A program made the translations under genes and the position numbers. A DNA stretch of 32,000 nt from the NCBI RefSeq assembly GCF_000196355.1, contig NC_007614.1, forward strand, positions 1,860,001 to 1,892,000. Direction: 5' to 3'. Below are positions 8,955-18,086 of this stretch, in pieces; within the stretch, counting starts at the first letter, position 1; each line of letters begins with the position of its first letter. This stretch comes from Nitrosospira multiformis ATCC 25196. GTDB lineage: Bacteria > Pseudomonadota > Gammaproteobacteria > Burkholderiales > Nitrosomonadaceae. Under the pieces are notes generated by a model that saw nothing but the letters and a program-made list of their open reading frames with translations, ran no database searches and was not told where the DNA came from.

Positions 8955-9383
8955 ATGAAAACAAGGAGAATTTTCGCCATTTTATCCTTCAGTTTACTGG
9001 CTGCATGTGCGCAAATGAGCCCGCATGAGGCTGTCCAGAACACGAATATTCGCAGGGCAGCACAGAACGCCAGAACTCCCAGTGATCATGATGCGTTGAG
9101 CAACTATTTTGAGAACGCGGCCAAGGAAATGCAAACCAAGGTTGATGAGCAAAAAAAGCTACTCGAGTATTATGAAGAGAAGGGGTATCTCTACGGACGC
9201 CAAGCGCAGGATTTGAAGTCGCATACCGCAGCCCTCCTTCATAAATACGAGGCAAATGTGGAAGAGAACATCAGGGAAGCTGCCGCCCACCGGCAAATGG
9301 CGCTAGAGCAGGCGAAACGTGAATATGCCATACGTGAAGGACAGACTGTGAACGCGGAGGGTCGCGCTCACCCCTCGAAGTAA
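8955..9383 (+). CDS. lipoprotein, YLYG/HRQMA paralog 3
   Basis: Start chosen at ATG 8955 rather than the upstream start of the ORF track; MKTRRIFAILSFSLLAACAQ has a lipobox (LAAC); core DALSNYFENAAKEMQTKVDEQKKLLEYYEEKGYLYGRQAQDLKSHTAALLHKYEANVEENIREAAAHRQMA. Confidence 0.87.
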   Translation: MKTRRIFAILSFSLLAACAQMSPHEAVQNTNIRRAAQNARTPSDHDALSNYFENAAKEMQTKVDEQKKLLEYYEEKGYLYGRQAQDLKSHTAALLHKYEANVEENIREAAAHRQMALEQAKREYAIREGQTVNAEGRAHPSK

Positions 9384-9444
9384 GCAGAAGGCGCAGTAAA
9401 AATATCGGGAATCCTCTTGCCGCGGCCCACCCACCGTCTTTTTC

Positions 9445-9885
9445 AGTCCCTCCAGGCAGGGAAACGTGGCAAGCTCATGAAAAAATCCATATCGTGGTTA
9501 GGCCAGAGCTCGCACTTTTCGCTGCTCTCCAGCGCCTTTAACTTCCGGATACTGGCCAGCACCAGGGACGCGTTATCCTGCCAGCAATATCCCGGCGCAA
9601 TTTCCTCCACCAGATTCTCCCTCAGATCGGCAGCGGCTCAACCAGGGGATGCATGGGATCAAATGACGTGCGCAAGATGGGATCGGAAATCTTGCGATAG
9701 TCGCAACCCGTATCATATAAGATGCGTCCGTTCGACGTTTCGATCAAATAAGCAAGAATTGGCGCCGCGATAAATTCCCCATGCCCACGGTTACGGGTCG
9801 AAATGGTCTTTTCATAACGGATTGTTCCCGTCAGCAGCGGCCAGACTTTTGTGATATGAGGCATATCGGTTCGCTGGTTCGGCAT
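9445..9885 (-). pseudogene. MBL-fold (N-acyl-homoserine-lactonase-like) relic
   Basis: N-terminal part MPHITKVWPLLTGTIRYEKTISTRNRGHGEFIAAPILAYLIETSNGRILYDTGCDYRKISDP then stop; C-terminal part NLVEEIAPGYCWQDNASLVLASIRKLKALESSEKCELWPNHDMDFFMSLPRFPAWRD* is in another frame at ~9445-9610. The HxHxDH core is missing. Confidence 0.7.
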
Positions 9886-9927
9886 GTGCGATCACCTCAG
9901 CTGTGGATGAAAGTAAATCGCCGCAAG

Positions 9928-10182
9928 CTAATAATCACCCCGCTGGGAAGACGCCTCTTCCGAGTGGCCGGAACGATGTTCAATACTGGATATCAGATGA
10001 GCGGAAAAATTCATGGCAAAAGGCACGAGCAGCATGGCTGCGAGCAGCACCAGAAGCGCGATGTGGCTGCCCATGCTGATTTCTCCCCGCGCCATTTTTC
10101 GAAAGAACCACACGACCAGTAGAAAGAAACCTGCCAGAGCGAGGATGGCGAGGATGCTGATCGTTACAAAGCTGCTATCCAT
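9928..10182 (-). CDS. small two-helix membrane protein, hypothetical
   Basis: 84-aa ORF with two hydrophobic stretches, downstream of and co-oriented with the BASS transporter. Confidence 0.55.
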   Translation of the reverse strand: MDSSFVTISILAILALAGFFLLVVWFFRKMARGEISMGSHIALLVLLAAMLLVPFAMNFSAHLISSIEHRSGHSEEASSQRGDY

Positions 10183-10265
10183 CTATCACTGCCCCTTCCG
10201 CTCGCTCTGTCTGCATTTGATGAGCACTATATTACTGCAATTTCCTGCAGGTCACGAAAATAGCA

Positions 10266-11246
10266 CTATTCCTCCTGCCGCACGGAGATTGTCTGCGGTA
10301 CAGGCGAAATGAACTCTTTCTGAACTGGAGCCGGATTTCGGCGCCATAATGCCGCAAGCACACTGCCCAATAGCGAATGCATAACGGCGGAAACCGCGCC
10401 AACGACGGGTGCAAGCGGCAACAATGGAAAAGCCTGTTTGGCCAGCACGACGGCAAGTCCCGAGTTTTGCATCCCCACCTCGATGGCAATCGTGCGTGCG
10501 CTGTTACCGTAACAGCCAAACAAGCGGGCAAAGCAATAACCGAACAGGAAGCCGACCCCATGCAATAGCGCAGTCGCCAGGATAAGCTCTCCGCTATAGG
10601 CAAGAATAGCCTCTGCATTGGCGGCAAATATCACCGTACAGATAAAAACCACGCCTGCCACTGAAAGCAGCGGAGCAACAGGCAGAACCCGCATGACCAG
10701 GCGAGGTGCCCACCGGTTGAGCAGCACGCCCAGAAAGACAGGGATAATCACGACTTGAAAGGTCTGCTTGAACAACAACCAGGCATCGACCGGCACGAGA
10801 GCGCCCGCGAAAAGCTGGGTCAGCAAGGGTGTGAGCACAACGGCTGCGAGCGTGGAGCAGACCGTCATGACGACTGAAAGTGCAACATCGGCGCCGGCGA
10901 TGTAGCTGATCAGGTTTGAAGCGGTACCACCCGGAGCGCACCCCACCAGGATGAGTCCCACCGCGAAATGAGGAGGCAGGCTCAACGCCTCGGCGACTGT
11001 CCAGGCCGTCAAAGGCATGATGGAATACTGCGCGGCGAAGCCGATGGCTACCGCGCGCGGGCTCCGCGCGATGCGGCGAAAATCCTCCACCGATAGCGTG
11101 AGTCCCATGCCCAGCATGATGCAGGCAAGAACGACCACCATCAGGGGACCCTGGTTGAACGAAGCCAGTGACTCCGGCGCATACAAGGCGAGCAGCCCCG
11201 AGAGGATCATCCAGAAGGGGAACAGGAGGGTCAACTTCTGCAACAT
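10266..11246 (-). CDS. bile acid:sodium symporter family (BASS) transporter
   Basis: Multi-TM ORF; MLGMGLTLSVEDFRRIARSPRAVAIGFAAQYSIMPLTAW...GLILVGCAPGGTASNLISYIAGADVALSVVMT...VGMQNSGLAVVLA. Start chosen at internal ATG 11246; ORF is open to 11393. Confidence 0.92.
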   Translation of the reverse strand: MLQKLTLLFPFWMILSGLLALYAPESLASFNQGPLMVVVLACIMLGMGLTLSVEDFRRIARSPRAVAIGFAAQYSIMPLTAWTVAEALSLPPHFAVGLILVGCAPGGTASNLISYIAGADVALSVVMTVCSTLAAVVLTPLLTQLFAGALVPVDAWLLFKQTFQVVIIPVFLGVLLNRWAPRLVMRVLPVAPLLSVAGVVFICTVIFAANAEAILAYSGELILATALLHGVGFLFGYCFARLFGCYGNSARTIAIEVGMQNSGLAVVLAKQAFPLLPLAPVVGAVSAVMHSLLGSVLAALWRRNPAPVQKEFISPVPQTISVRQEE

Positions 11247-11284
11247 GGAGCCGGGTATCCTGGCATAGCTGCTTACAGCTGCTA

Positions 11285-11989
11285 TCAATCGTTTCGCGAA
11301 AATAGAAGCGTATGATGCTGCGCGTGACGGCTGATCACCCGGGTAGAACGAAGCCCGGCTTCCCCGGCCATTCTTCGCAGGGTAGAAAGGCATTCAGGAT
11401 AATCGTGATCGCGAACGTGCGCGCATGCTTCTTCCAGTTGATCCGGCGGCACGCTCGTCCACTTTTCCCGCATGAAATTGAGATAATCGTCCAGAAAATC
11501 CTCCCGTGCCTCATTTTCTTCACGTACCACATCCACCAGTATCAGCCAGCCTTCTTTTGAGAGGCAGTGTCGCGCCGCCTGGAAAAACCGCGCCTTTTCA
11601 TCCAGATTCAGATGATGAATGGCAAACCCGGAGAAAATAATATCCCACGTCTGATTCATGGACTCGATGGTCTGCAGGAGCTCTCCTTGGGTCAGGCTGA
11701 CTTCGCCTGGCACTTCTGCGAGATATTCCCTCGCCTCCTTCAACGCAGCCTCGGACAAATCCACACCTTCGTATCTCAAAGGAGGAGAGCGTTTCAGGCA
11801 AGGCGCAAGATAGCGGGCATTGCCACATCCCAGGTCCAGCAGGCGATACTCTGCCCGCTCAGCACGCGACCTCAAAAGCTCCCCAACCCCGGCATAGATC
11901 TCCCGGTGAAACATGTAGTTGTGCTCCGTGATCAGATCATAAAGCGACCAGGACCGGGTGAAGATGGCAACAGGTTCAGCGGATAGCAT
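11285..11989 (-). CDS. class I SAM-dependent methyltransferase
   Basis: 234-aa ORF; YRLLDLGCGNARYLAPCLKRSPPLRYEGVDLSEAALKEAR...WDIIFSGFAIHHL. Confidence 0.9.
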   Translation of the reverse strand: MLSAEPVAIFTRSWSLYDLITEHNYMFHREIYAGVGELLRSRAERAEYRLLDLGCGNARYLAPCLKRSPPLRYEGVDLSEAALKEAREYLAEVPGEVSLTQGELLQTIESMNQTWDIIFSGFAIHHLNLDEKARFFQAARHCLSKEGWLILVDVVREENEAREDFLDDYLNFMREKWTSVPPDQLEEACAHVRDHDYPECLSTLRRMAGEAGLRSTRVISRHAQHHTLLFSRND

Positions 11990-12358
11990 GAATCGGGAGG
12001 GTCTTCATTACAATGGTAAAATTTCGACCGATTTTCATAATAGATGGGAGAATTCCTTTATTTTAACCTTTTGAAAATGAGTTGGCGACAACCAACTCAT
12101 TGATAAGACAAGAGGCCTTTGCACCTGGCACGCTCATACGCCCCGCGTTTTTTACTACAATATGGAACCCGCGGTAAAGCCGCAGCAGGGGGGCGAAATG
12201 AGTCCTTCAGGGTATCCCATACCAAAATACATGTAAGATCGATAGGGAATCTGGAGTCTCCAAAATAGGAAAAAGAGTACGAACGCCTGAGTATGAGTAT
12301 CGAACACTACGACTGCAAAGTCCGGGAGACATCACTTTCTTGATTACGAGGAAATGGA

Positions 12359-13108
12359 ATGAATATACCAGCGGGATTCGATAAAGAAGCTTTGCGATAC
12401 GTAGCCGACGCTCTTGAGATGGAGGCGAAAACTGTTGAAGTGGACAACGCGACAGATTATCCATGCCATCCAGAGAGTGCCCCCGCGCAAGCGGCTCGCT
12501 TTATCCGGGCTGTCATTGCCGATGCTCCACTGCCGCCCGCACATCCAATTGCACCCAAACCATTCCACCTCGAGAGCCTTCTTGATCAGGAGGACCAGAG
12601 CATGGACTGGTGGCAAGATGCCATCGAAAATGCATTGGGGGCTGCGCACACGCATTATCAGGAACGGAAGGAGAATGCTTCGATACTGCCAACACAGAAC
12701 AGCGAGCATGAAAACAATGCACGTGAAAATAGCGGGCGTGAAATGTGGCAGCTTGCAAGCGAGCTTGACAGCGCTACCGAATGGGCCGATAAACTGGCTC
12801 ATGCGATAGCGGAACGTCTTGGTGTTGATATTGGCGAACTCCGCAACGCAAGCAATCCATGGCAGAAAGCGCTGGATTATTGCGAAATGCCCGTCCCGGA
12901 GATTGCTCCTCATGAGCACGTGCCAGGACATGCTCCTTCTCATAATGGGTTGAATGCCAGTGATGCTAATGACAAACTCAGGAGAGCGGCCGAGGAGGTT
13001 GTTAACTTCCTGGATATGGACGTCAACGAGGAGCAACTCGTAGATGGATTGAAGCTACTTGAAAGCGCTATTGAAAATCTCCGCGACGCACTGAAAGGGA
13101 GGTCCTGA
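12359..13108 (+). CDS. hypothetical acidic protein
   Basis: 249-aa open frame with even composition and an ATG after a gag-gaaatgga context; no family recognised. Confidence 0.65.
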   Translation: MNIPAGFDKEALRYVADALEMEAKTVEVDNATDYPCHPESAPAQAARFIRAVIADAPLPPAHPIAPKPFHLESLLDQEDQSMDWWQDAIENALGAAHTHYQERKENASILPTQNSEHENNARENSGREMWQLASELDSATEWADKLAHAIAERLGVDIGELRNASNPWQKALDYCEMPVPEIAPHEHVPGHAPSHNGLNASDANDKLRRAAEEVVNFLDMDVNEEQLVDGLKLLESAIENLRDALKGRS

Positions 13109-13119
13109 GTCAGGGAAGT

Positions 13120-13440
13120 TCAGTTTTGCCCTCATCTCAGCCCATCGCTGCTGCTTCGAATTGCGTATCCGCTACGAGTTCTTCAAGTAGTTCCCGTACA
13201 TCCACCTTTTCGGGCATGAGCGGAATCCACTTCTGCTTCCAGGCGGGAGAGTTCGAGTAGGCGCCCGATGAGCTCATTCAAGCGTTCTATTTCCGTCTCC
13301 ATGCGGCTCAATTCCTTTTCAGCCTGCTCGCCTGACCGCTGCCACACAAGCTCCAGGGCGACCTGTAACCTTGCGAGAGGAGAACGAAGCTCATTTGAGG
13401 CGTCGCTCAGCAATTGCCGCTGCGCCAAGTACCCTCTCGA
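13120..13440 (-). pseudogene. sensor histidine kinase fragment (CpxA/CzcS-like dimerisation region)
   Basis: QRQLLSDASNELRSPLARLQVALELVWQRSGEQAEKELSRMETEIERLNELIGRLLELSRLEAE, continued in a shifted frame as PEKVDVRELLEELVADTQFEAAAMG*. The ATPase domain is absent. Confidence 0.75.
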
Positions 13441-13857
13441 GTGGTTTCTGCACAATACCTGGAACACAGCCATCCCGCCCGATCACGTTCTTTAAAATGC
13501 TTCCAAGCTTCACTCTCTGCATTGATACTGCAATAAACCCCCGTCAAAATAGAAGCTTCGATATAACCGGGAAGGAGTTATGCCTAAATACGCCGTCTAT
13601 GCGAGAACTCATACAGGACATGTCAAACGAGTAAGAAATTTTTCCAGCAATTATCCCCACGATCTTTTCAGGCGCCATTTCCATCAAGGATCGCTCAAGG
13701 GTTTTCCAGAAAACACCGTATTCTGGATAAACCCTGAAGGCCCAAGCATCGGCTTTGCGCCGCTCCTCGAAGTACAAAAAACAGCTGATTGAAAAAAGAA
13801 AAGGCAAAAACAAAAAAACCAGCGGAGTTAAGAGCTAGTTTCAAAATGAGCTTGCTC

Positions 13858-14003
13858 AGCCGATCGAAATACTTCTTCTTCCAGATATAAAACGTGGCTT
13901 CAGATATGCCAGGACTGCGACACACATCCGTTACTGCCGTACCGGCCTCTGCCTGCCGCAACGCATACGCTACTTGAACCTCGGTGAATCGGGATCTCTT
14001 CAT
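13858..14003 (-). pseudogene. IS3-family OrfA N-terminal fragment
   Basis: MKRSRFTEVQVAYALRQAEAGTAVTDVCRSPGISEATFYIWKKKY matches the canonical IS3 OrfA N terminus; homology ends abruptly. Confidence 0.85.
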
Positions 14004-14669
14004 CGCTTCATACTCCTTCAATAAGGGAGCCAGAAGGCGACTTTACTCTAATTTAGAACTGCTACAGTTTTTGGGGATGACGTCATTTGCAGTCTTCATG
14101 ATGAAACTCCTTTCCCCTCTCTTATATAAAGATTTCCCAGGCTATCAAAAATTTATAGAAGGATATGCGGCTTTCGGATTTATTTAGATATAGCACCTCC
14201 TGCCTGGAGCGCTAGAGACAATTGCGCTCTCTAAAGCGCCGAGGACTGGAGGGATGGCGGACACTACGATGTCCAGTACCAGGTCACTGCGTGTTCGGAT
14301 GCAGTAAATTTTTGAGTAAGTACCTAAACGTCTTGGCTCTATTGCTTTTTCAACGGCGGTAAAGTTGCTGCTTTGGCAACGCGAGCTTCTTGATGACGTG
14401 ACAGTCATCCTTCGCGTAAGTTGCCGTGACGGTAAAGGCAAAGAGCAAACCAAGCGCGATATGTCGTCTCAGCGATATGGGTCTCATTGTTAAATAACGG
14501 AATGATCGAGGAAGAGCAGGAAACAACGTCCGGCACGGCTAGCTGCTAAAAATCACACTGCACCCTCGAACTGAAAAGGGTGAGGATTTGATGCTTTAGG
14601 CGTGCTTGAGGGTTCTTATAGGTCGAAATAATTAATACTGGAAATGAAAACTATATCTTTTAATGATTG

Positions 14670-15008
14670 TTATTCCGGTCTGGAAGGGGAATCTTCCTGA
14701 TGACGTTCTCCGCTGCTGATATTCCCACTTCCACTCACATCTATGATGTAAATTTTGCCTGCGCCGTCCTGATAGGTGTTGGCGGTCTGCATGACTGTGC
14801 TGAAAATATTGTCCACCTGCTCATCGGAGGCAAAGATTTCGATGCGTTTTTTCGGCATATAAGGATCGAAACTGCTATCGGCGACCCGCTCTCTGCCAAA
14901 ACCATGGCAATCCGAGACACTCATGCCTGGGAAATCCGGAATTTCAAGTAACGCCTGCGTTACCTTGGATAACATGAAGGGCTCAATGTATGCGCGGATT
15001 TCTTTCAT
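14670..15008 (-). CDS. P-II-like regulatory protein linked to the metal efflux operon
   Basis: 112-aa ORF; MKEIRAYIEPFMLSKVTQALLEIPDFPGMSVSDCHGFGRE...KRIEIFASDEQVDNIFSTVMQTANTYQDGAGKIYIIDV. Confidence 0.85.
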   Translation of the reverse strand: MKEIRAYIEPFMLSKVTQALLEIPDFPGMSVSDCHGFGRERVADSSFDPYMPKKRIEIFASDEQVDNIFSTVMQTANTYQDGAGKIYIIDVSGSGNISSGERHQEDSPSRPE

Positions 15009-15026
15009 AAGAGCAGGGTGTTGTGG

Positions 15027-18000
15027 TTATTTTTCAAAATTGGAGTAGAGCGCAGGAAGCATGGTCAGGGTAAGAATGGTGGAACTCATGAGCCCGCCGA
15101 TAATGACCGTTGCGAAAGGTTTGACTGCTTCCGCTCCCACACTGGTGGAAAGCGCGGCAGGCAACAGCCCCAGCATTGCCACGAGCGCTGTCATCGCGAC
15201 AGGCCGCAGGCGGCTGATGGAGCCTTGCAGAACGGCTTCATGTAAAGGAAGCCCCTCCCGCCTGAGCAGGTTGACCTTGGATATCAGGATCACCCCATTT
15301 TGCACGGCGATTCCAAATAAGGCAACAAAACCTACCGCTGCCGATACACTCAAGTGAATGCCTGTCAGCAGGAGGGCGACCAGGCCGCCGATCAGCGCGA
15401 ACGGTACATTCATGACAATGAGCGATGCATGCCTGGTCGACCGGAATGTCCAGAACAGCAACAGGAAAATCAGGATCAGACTGACGGGCACGATAAACGA
15501 CAGTCGTTTCATCGCGCGCTGCTGATTCTCAAACTGGCCGCTCCAGACAATTTCGTAACCTGGCGCCAGATGAACCTGCTGCGCGACTTTTTTTTGCGCC
15601 TCTGCTACGAAACTCCCTTGATCGCGTCCGATCAGGTTACATTTGATGGCGATACGCCGCATGTTATCCTCCCTGCCGATACGGGAAGCACCCTGATTGA
15701 CCTTGATTTCAGCCAGCTCGGCCAGTGGAATGCGCCCGCCATTAGGCGAGAGAACGGTTATATCTTCAATCGCTCCCACGGAATCACGCGTCACCGCCGT
15801 CAGCCGCACGGTGACATCGAAGCGGCGCTCTCCTTCAAGAATTTGCGTTGCCGCCTTGCCGCCGACGGCCATGGCGATTACATCTTCTACGTTGGAAATA
15901 TTAATACCATAGCGGGCAATTTTAGCCCGGTCTATGGAGATAAGGAGCTGAGCCAGTCCGGATTGCTGTTCAGCAGCCACATCAGTAGCGCCCCTTATGG
16001 TTCTCAGAATTCCTGTTATCTGGTTGGCTTTCTCCTGGAGGATCTTCAGGTCCTGACCAAAAATCTTGATGGCGATTTCGCCCTTGACGCCGGAAATCGC
16101 CTCTTCGACATTGTCCTGAATCACTTGGGAGAAATTAAGCAGCAGGCCAGGGAACACTTGCAGGCGCTTATTCATGGCCTTGACCAGATCGTCTTTCTTG
16201 CCATACCGCCAGGTTTCCTTCGGCTTGAGATCGATGAGAAGTTCCAGATTGTTGAAACCTTTGGGATCGGTGCCATCCTCCGGGCGTCCAAGTTGTGTGA
16301 GCACGGACTTGACCTCGGGAAATTCGAGTATGCTTGCCCGTATCTCTTGTTCCAGAAGTTTTGCCCGGTTCAACGAAACCGGTGTTGGCAAGGTGATGGT
16401 CAGCCAGATATTGCCCTCATCGAGCTTGGGCATGAACTCGGTGCCGATCAGCGGCGTGGAAGCCAGTGACAAGGCCAGCGCGATTCCGGCGAGAGCAAAT
16501 AATTTTCTGGGCTTGGCCAATACCGCTTCCAGTAATTTGTGGTAGCGTTGTTCCATTGCCTGCACCAGGGGATTATGCGTCTCCGTGAGCTTTGGCCCCA
16601 GCATATAACTCAATAGGACGGGTATCAGGGTCAGGCTGATGATCAGGGAGCCCAGCATGGCGAAAGTAAGTGTATAGGCCATCGGAGAGAAGATTTTCGC
16701 CTCAACCCGCTGGAAGGTGAAAATCGGCAGAAAAGCGACGATCACGACCGCTTGGGAAAAAAGCATGGGCCGGGACATCTCCGCCGCAGTGATGAGCATC
16801 GATTGCCGCATGTGCGCCGCAGTAGCGTGCTGGCGCATTTCCAGCGTTACCTTGACCATGACAGCTTCGACCAGCACGATCGCCGCATCCACAATAAGGC
16901 CGAAGTCGATCGCGCCAAGCGAAATGAGATTGGCGGAAATATGCCAGGTTTCAATCAGGATAAACGCGAACAGCAAGGACATCGGAATGACGATGATCAC
17001 CACCAATGCGGCCCAGAACCGGCGAAGGAAAATAACCAGTATCGCCAGCACGAGTGTTGCTCCGAGCAACATATTGTGCTCGACCGTATGAACGGTGTGC
17101 CGCACCAGTTCAGTTCGGTCGTAAAAGGGAATGATCTTGATGCCGGGCGGCAGTCCGTGATTATTGAGAAACTCGATTTTGGCCTTGACGCCTTTCAGTA
17201 CTTCATTCGCGTCCTTGCCCTTGATAAGGAGGACGATGCCTTCAACCACATTATCGTGCTCGTTGAAACCAACCAGCCCGGTGTGCGGCGCTGCGCCAAT
17301 GACCACCTCGGCAACATTCTTGACAAAAACGGGAACTCCCTCCTGGTTGCTAGCGATAACGATATTGCCGATTTCTTCCAGTGATTTCAGCAGCCCGGCG
17401 CCACGAACCACCAATGCTTCGTTGCCGTGCTCGATGTAGCCGCCTCCGATACTGGCGTTGTTGGCGTTGATGGCCGTATAGACATCGGTAATCGTCAGCT
17501 TGTAATTCTTGAGCTTGTTCGGGTCCACCTGAACCTGGTATTCCTTGATGCCGCCTCCGAAGGCCACCACATCCGCTACGCCATGGACGTACCGAATGGT
17601 GCGTTCGATTACCCAATCCTGCAGTGCGCGCTGTTCCACCAGCGGAACCCCCGGTGCTTCCAGACGGTAGCGATAGATTTCTCCTATGCCCGTTGACAGA
17701 GGTCCGAGCAGAGGCCTGGTCTCCGCTGGCAGGCTGACTGATTTCAACCGCTCCAGCACTTGCTGCCTCGAAAAATAATCCTCGGCGGCATCGTCGAAAG
17801 TCAGGGTAACCACCGATAAGCCAAAAATGGATACTGAACGTATGTTGAGCAGGTCAGGCAGGCCGTTCATTTCCTTTTCGATCGGCAGGGTGATAAGTTT
17901 TTCCACCTCTTCCGGGGCCTGTCCCGGGTATTGCGTCACGACCTGGACGAAAACATTCTGAACGTCGGGGAAGGGTTGTATCGGCAGACGCTCGAACGAA

Positions 18001-18086
18001 AAGAGGCCGATGACCGCCAGCAATCCTGATGCAATAAGGACCAGCAGGCGCTGCTGCAGGCAGAACGCAATGATTTTATAAGTCAT
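15027..18086 (-). CDS. heavy-metal efflux RND transporter, CusA/CzcA family
   Basis: 1019-aa ORF; FPDVQNVFVQVVTQYPGQAPEEVEKLITLPIEKEMNGLP, ISLGAIDFGLIVDAAIVLVE, FTLAMLGSLIISLTLIPVLLSYML. Confidence 0.95.
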   Translation of the reverse strand: MTYKIIAFCLQQRLLVLIASGLLAVIGLFSFERLPIQPFPDVQNVFVQVVTQYPGQAPEEVEKLITLPIEKEMNGLPDLLNIRSVSIFGLSVVTLTFDDAAEDYFSRQQVLERLKSVSLPAETRPLLGPLSTGIGEIYRYRLEAPGVPLVEQRALQDWVIERTIRYVHGVADVVAFGGGIKEYQVQVDPNKLKNYKLTITDVYTAINANNASIGGGYIEHGNEALVVRGAGLLKSLEEIGNIVIASNQEGVPVFVKNVAEVVIGAAPHTGLVGFNEHDNVVEGIVLLIKGKDANEVLKGVKAKIEFLNNHGLPPGIKIIPFYDRTELVRHTVHTVEHNMLLGATLVLAILVIFLRRFWAALVVIIVIPMSLLFAFILIETWHISANLISLGAIDFGLIVDAAIVLVEAVMVKVTLEMRQHATAAHMRQSMLITAAEMSRPMLFSQAVVIVAFLPIFTFQRVEAKIFSPMAYTLTFAMLGSLIISLTLIPVLLSYMLGPKLTETHNPLVQAMEQRYHKLLEAVLAKPRKLFALAGIALALSLASTPLIGTEFMPKLDEGNIWLTITLPTPVSLNRAKLLEQEIRASILEFPEVKSVLTQLGRPEDGTDPKGFNNLELLIDLKPKETWRYGKKDDLVKAMNKRLQVFPGLLLNFSQVIQDNVEEAISGVKGEIAIKIFGQDLKILQEKANQITGILRTIRGATDVAAEQQSGLAQLLISIDRAKIARYGINISNVEDVIAMAVGGKAATQILEGERRFDVTVRLTAVTRDSVGAIEDITVLSPNGGRIPLAELAEIKVNQGASRIGREDNMRRIAIKCNLIGRDQGSFVAEAQKKVAQQVHLAPGYEIVWSGQFENQQRAMKRLSFIVPVSLILIFLLLFWTFRSTRHASLIVMNVPFALIGGLVALLLTGIHLSVSAAVGFVALFGIAVQNGVILISKVNLLRREGLPLHEAVLQGSISRLRPVAMTALVAMLGLLPAALSTSVGAEAVKPFATVIIGGLMSSTILTLTMLPALYSNFEK

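Noticed and set aside
13544-13813. Overlapping ORFs on both strands (13544..13813 minus, 13580..13792 plus)
   Set aside because: Neither has a recognised motif; a coding call on either strand is not supportable from sequence alone.
15354-16469. 371-aa plus-strand ORF and other long plus ORFs at 16752..17384
   Set aside because: Antisense shadows of the CusA/CzcA-like pump in high-GC coding DNA.
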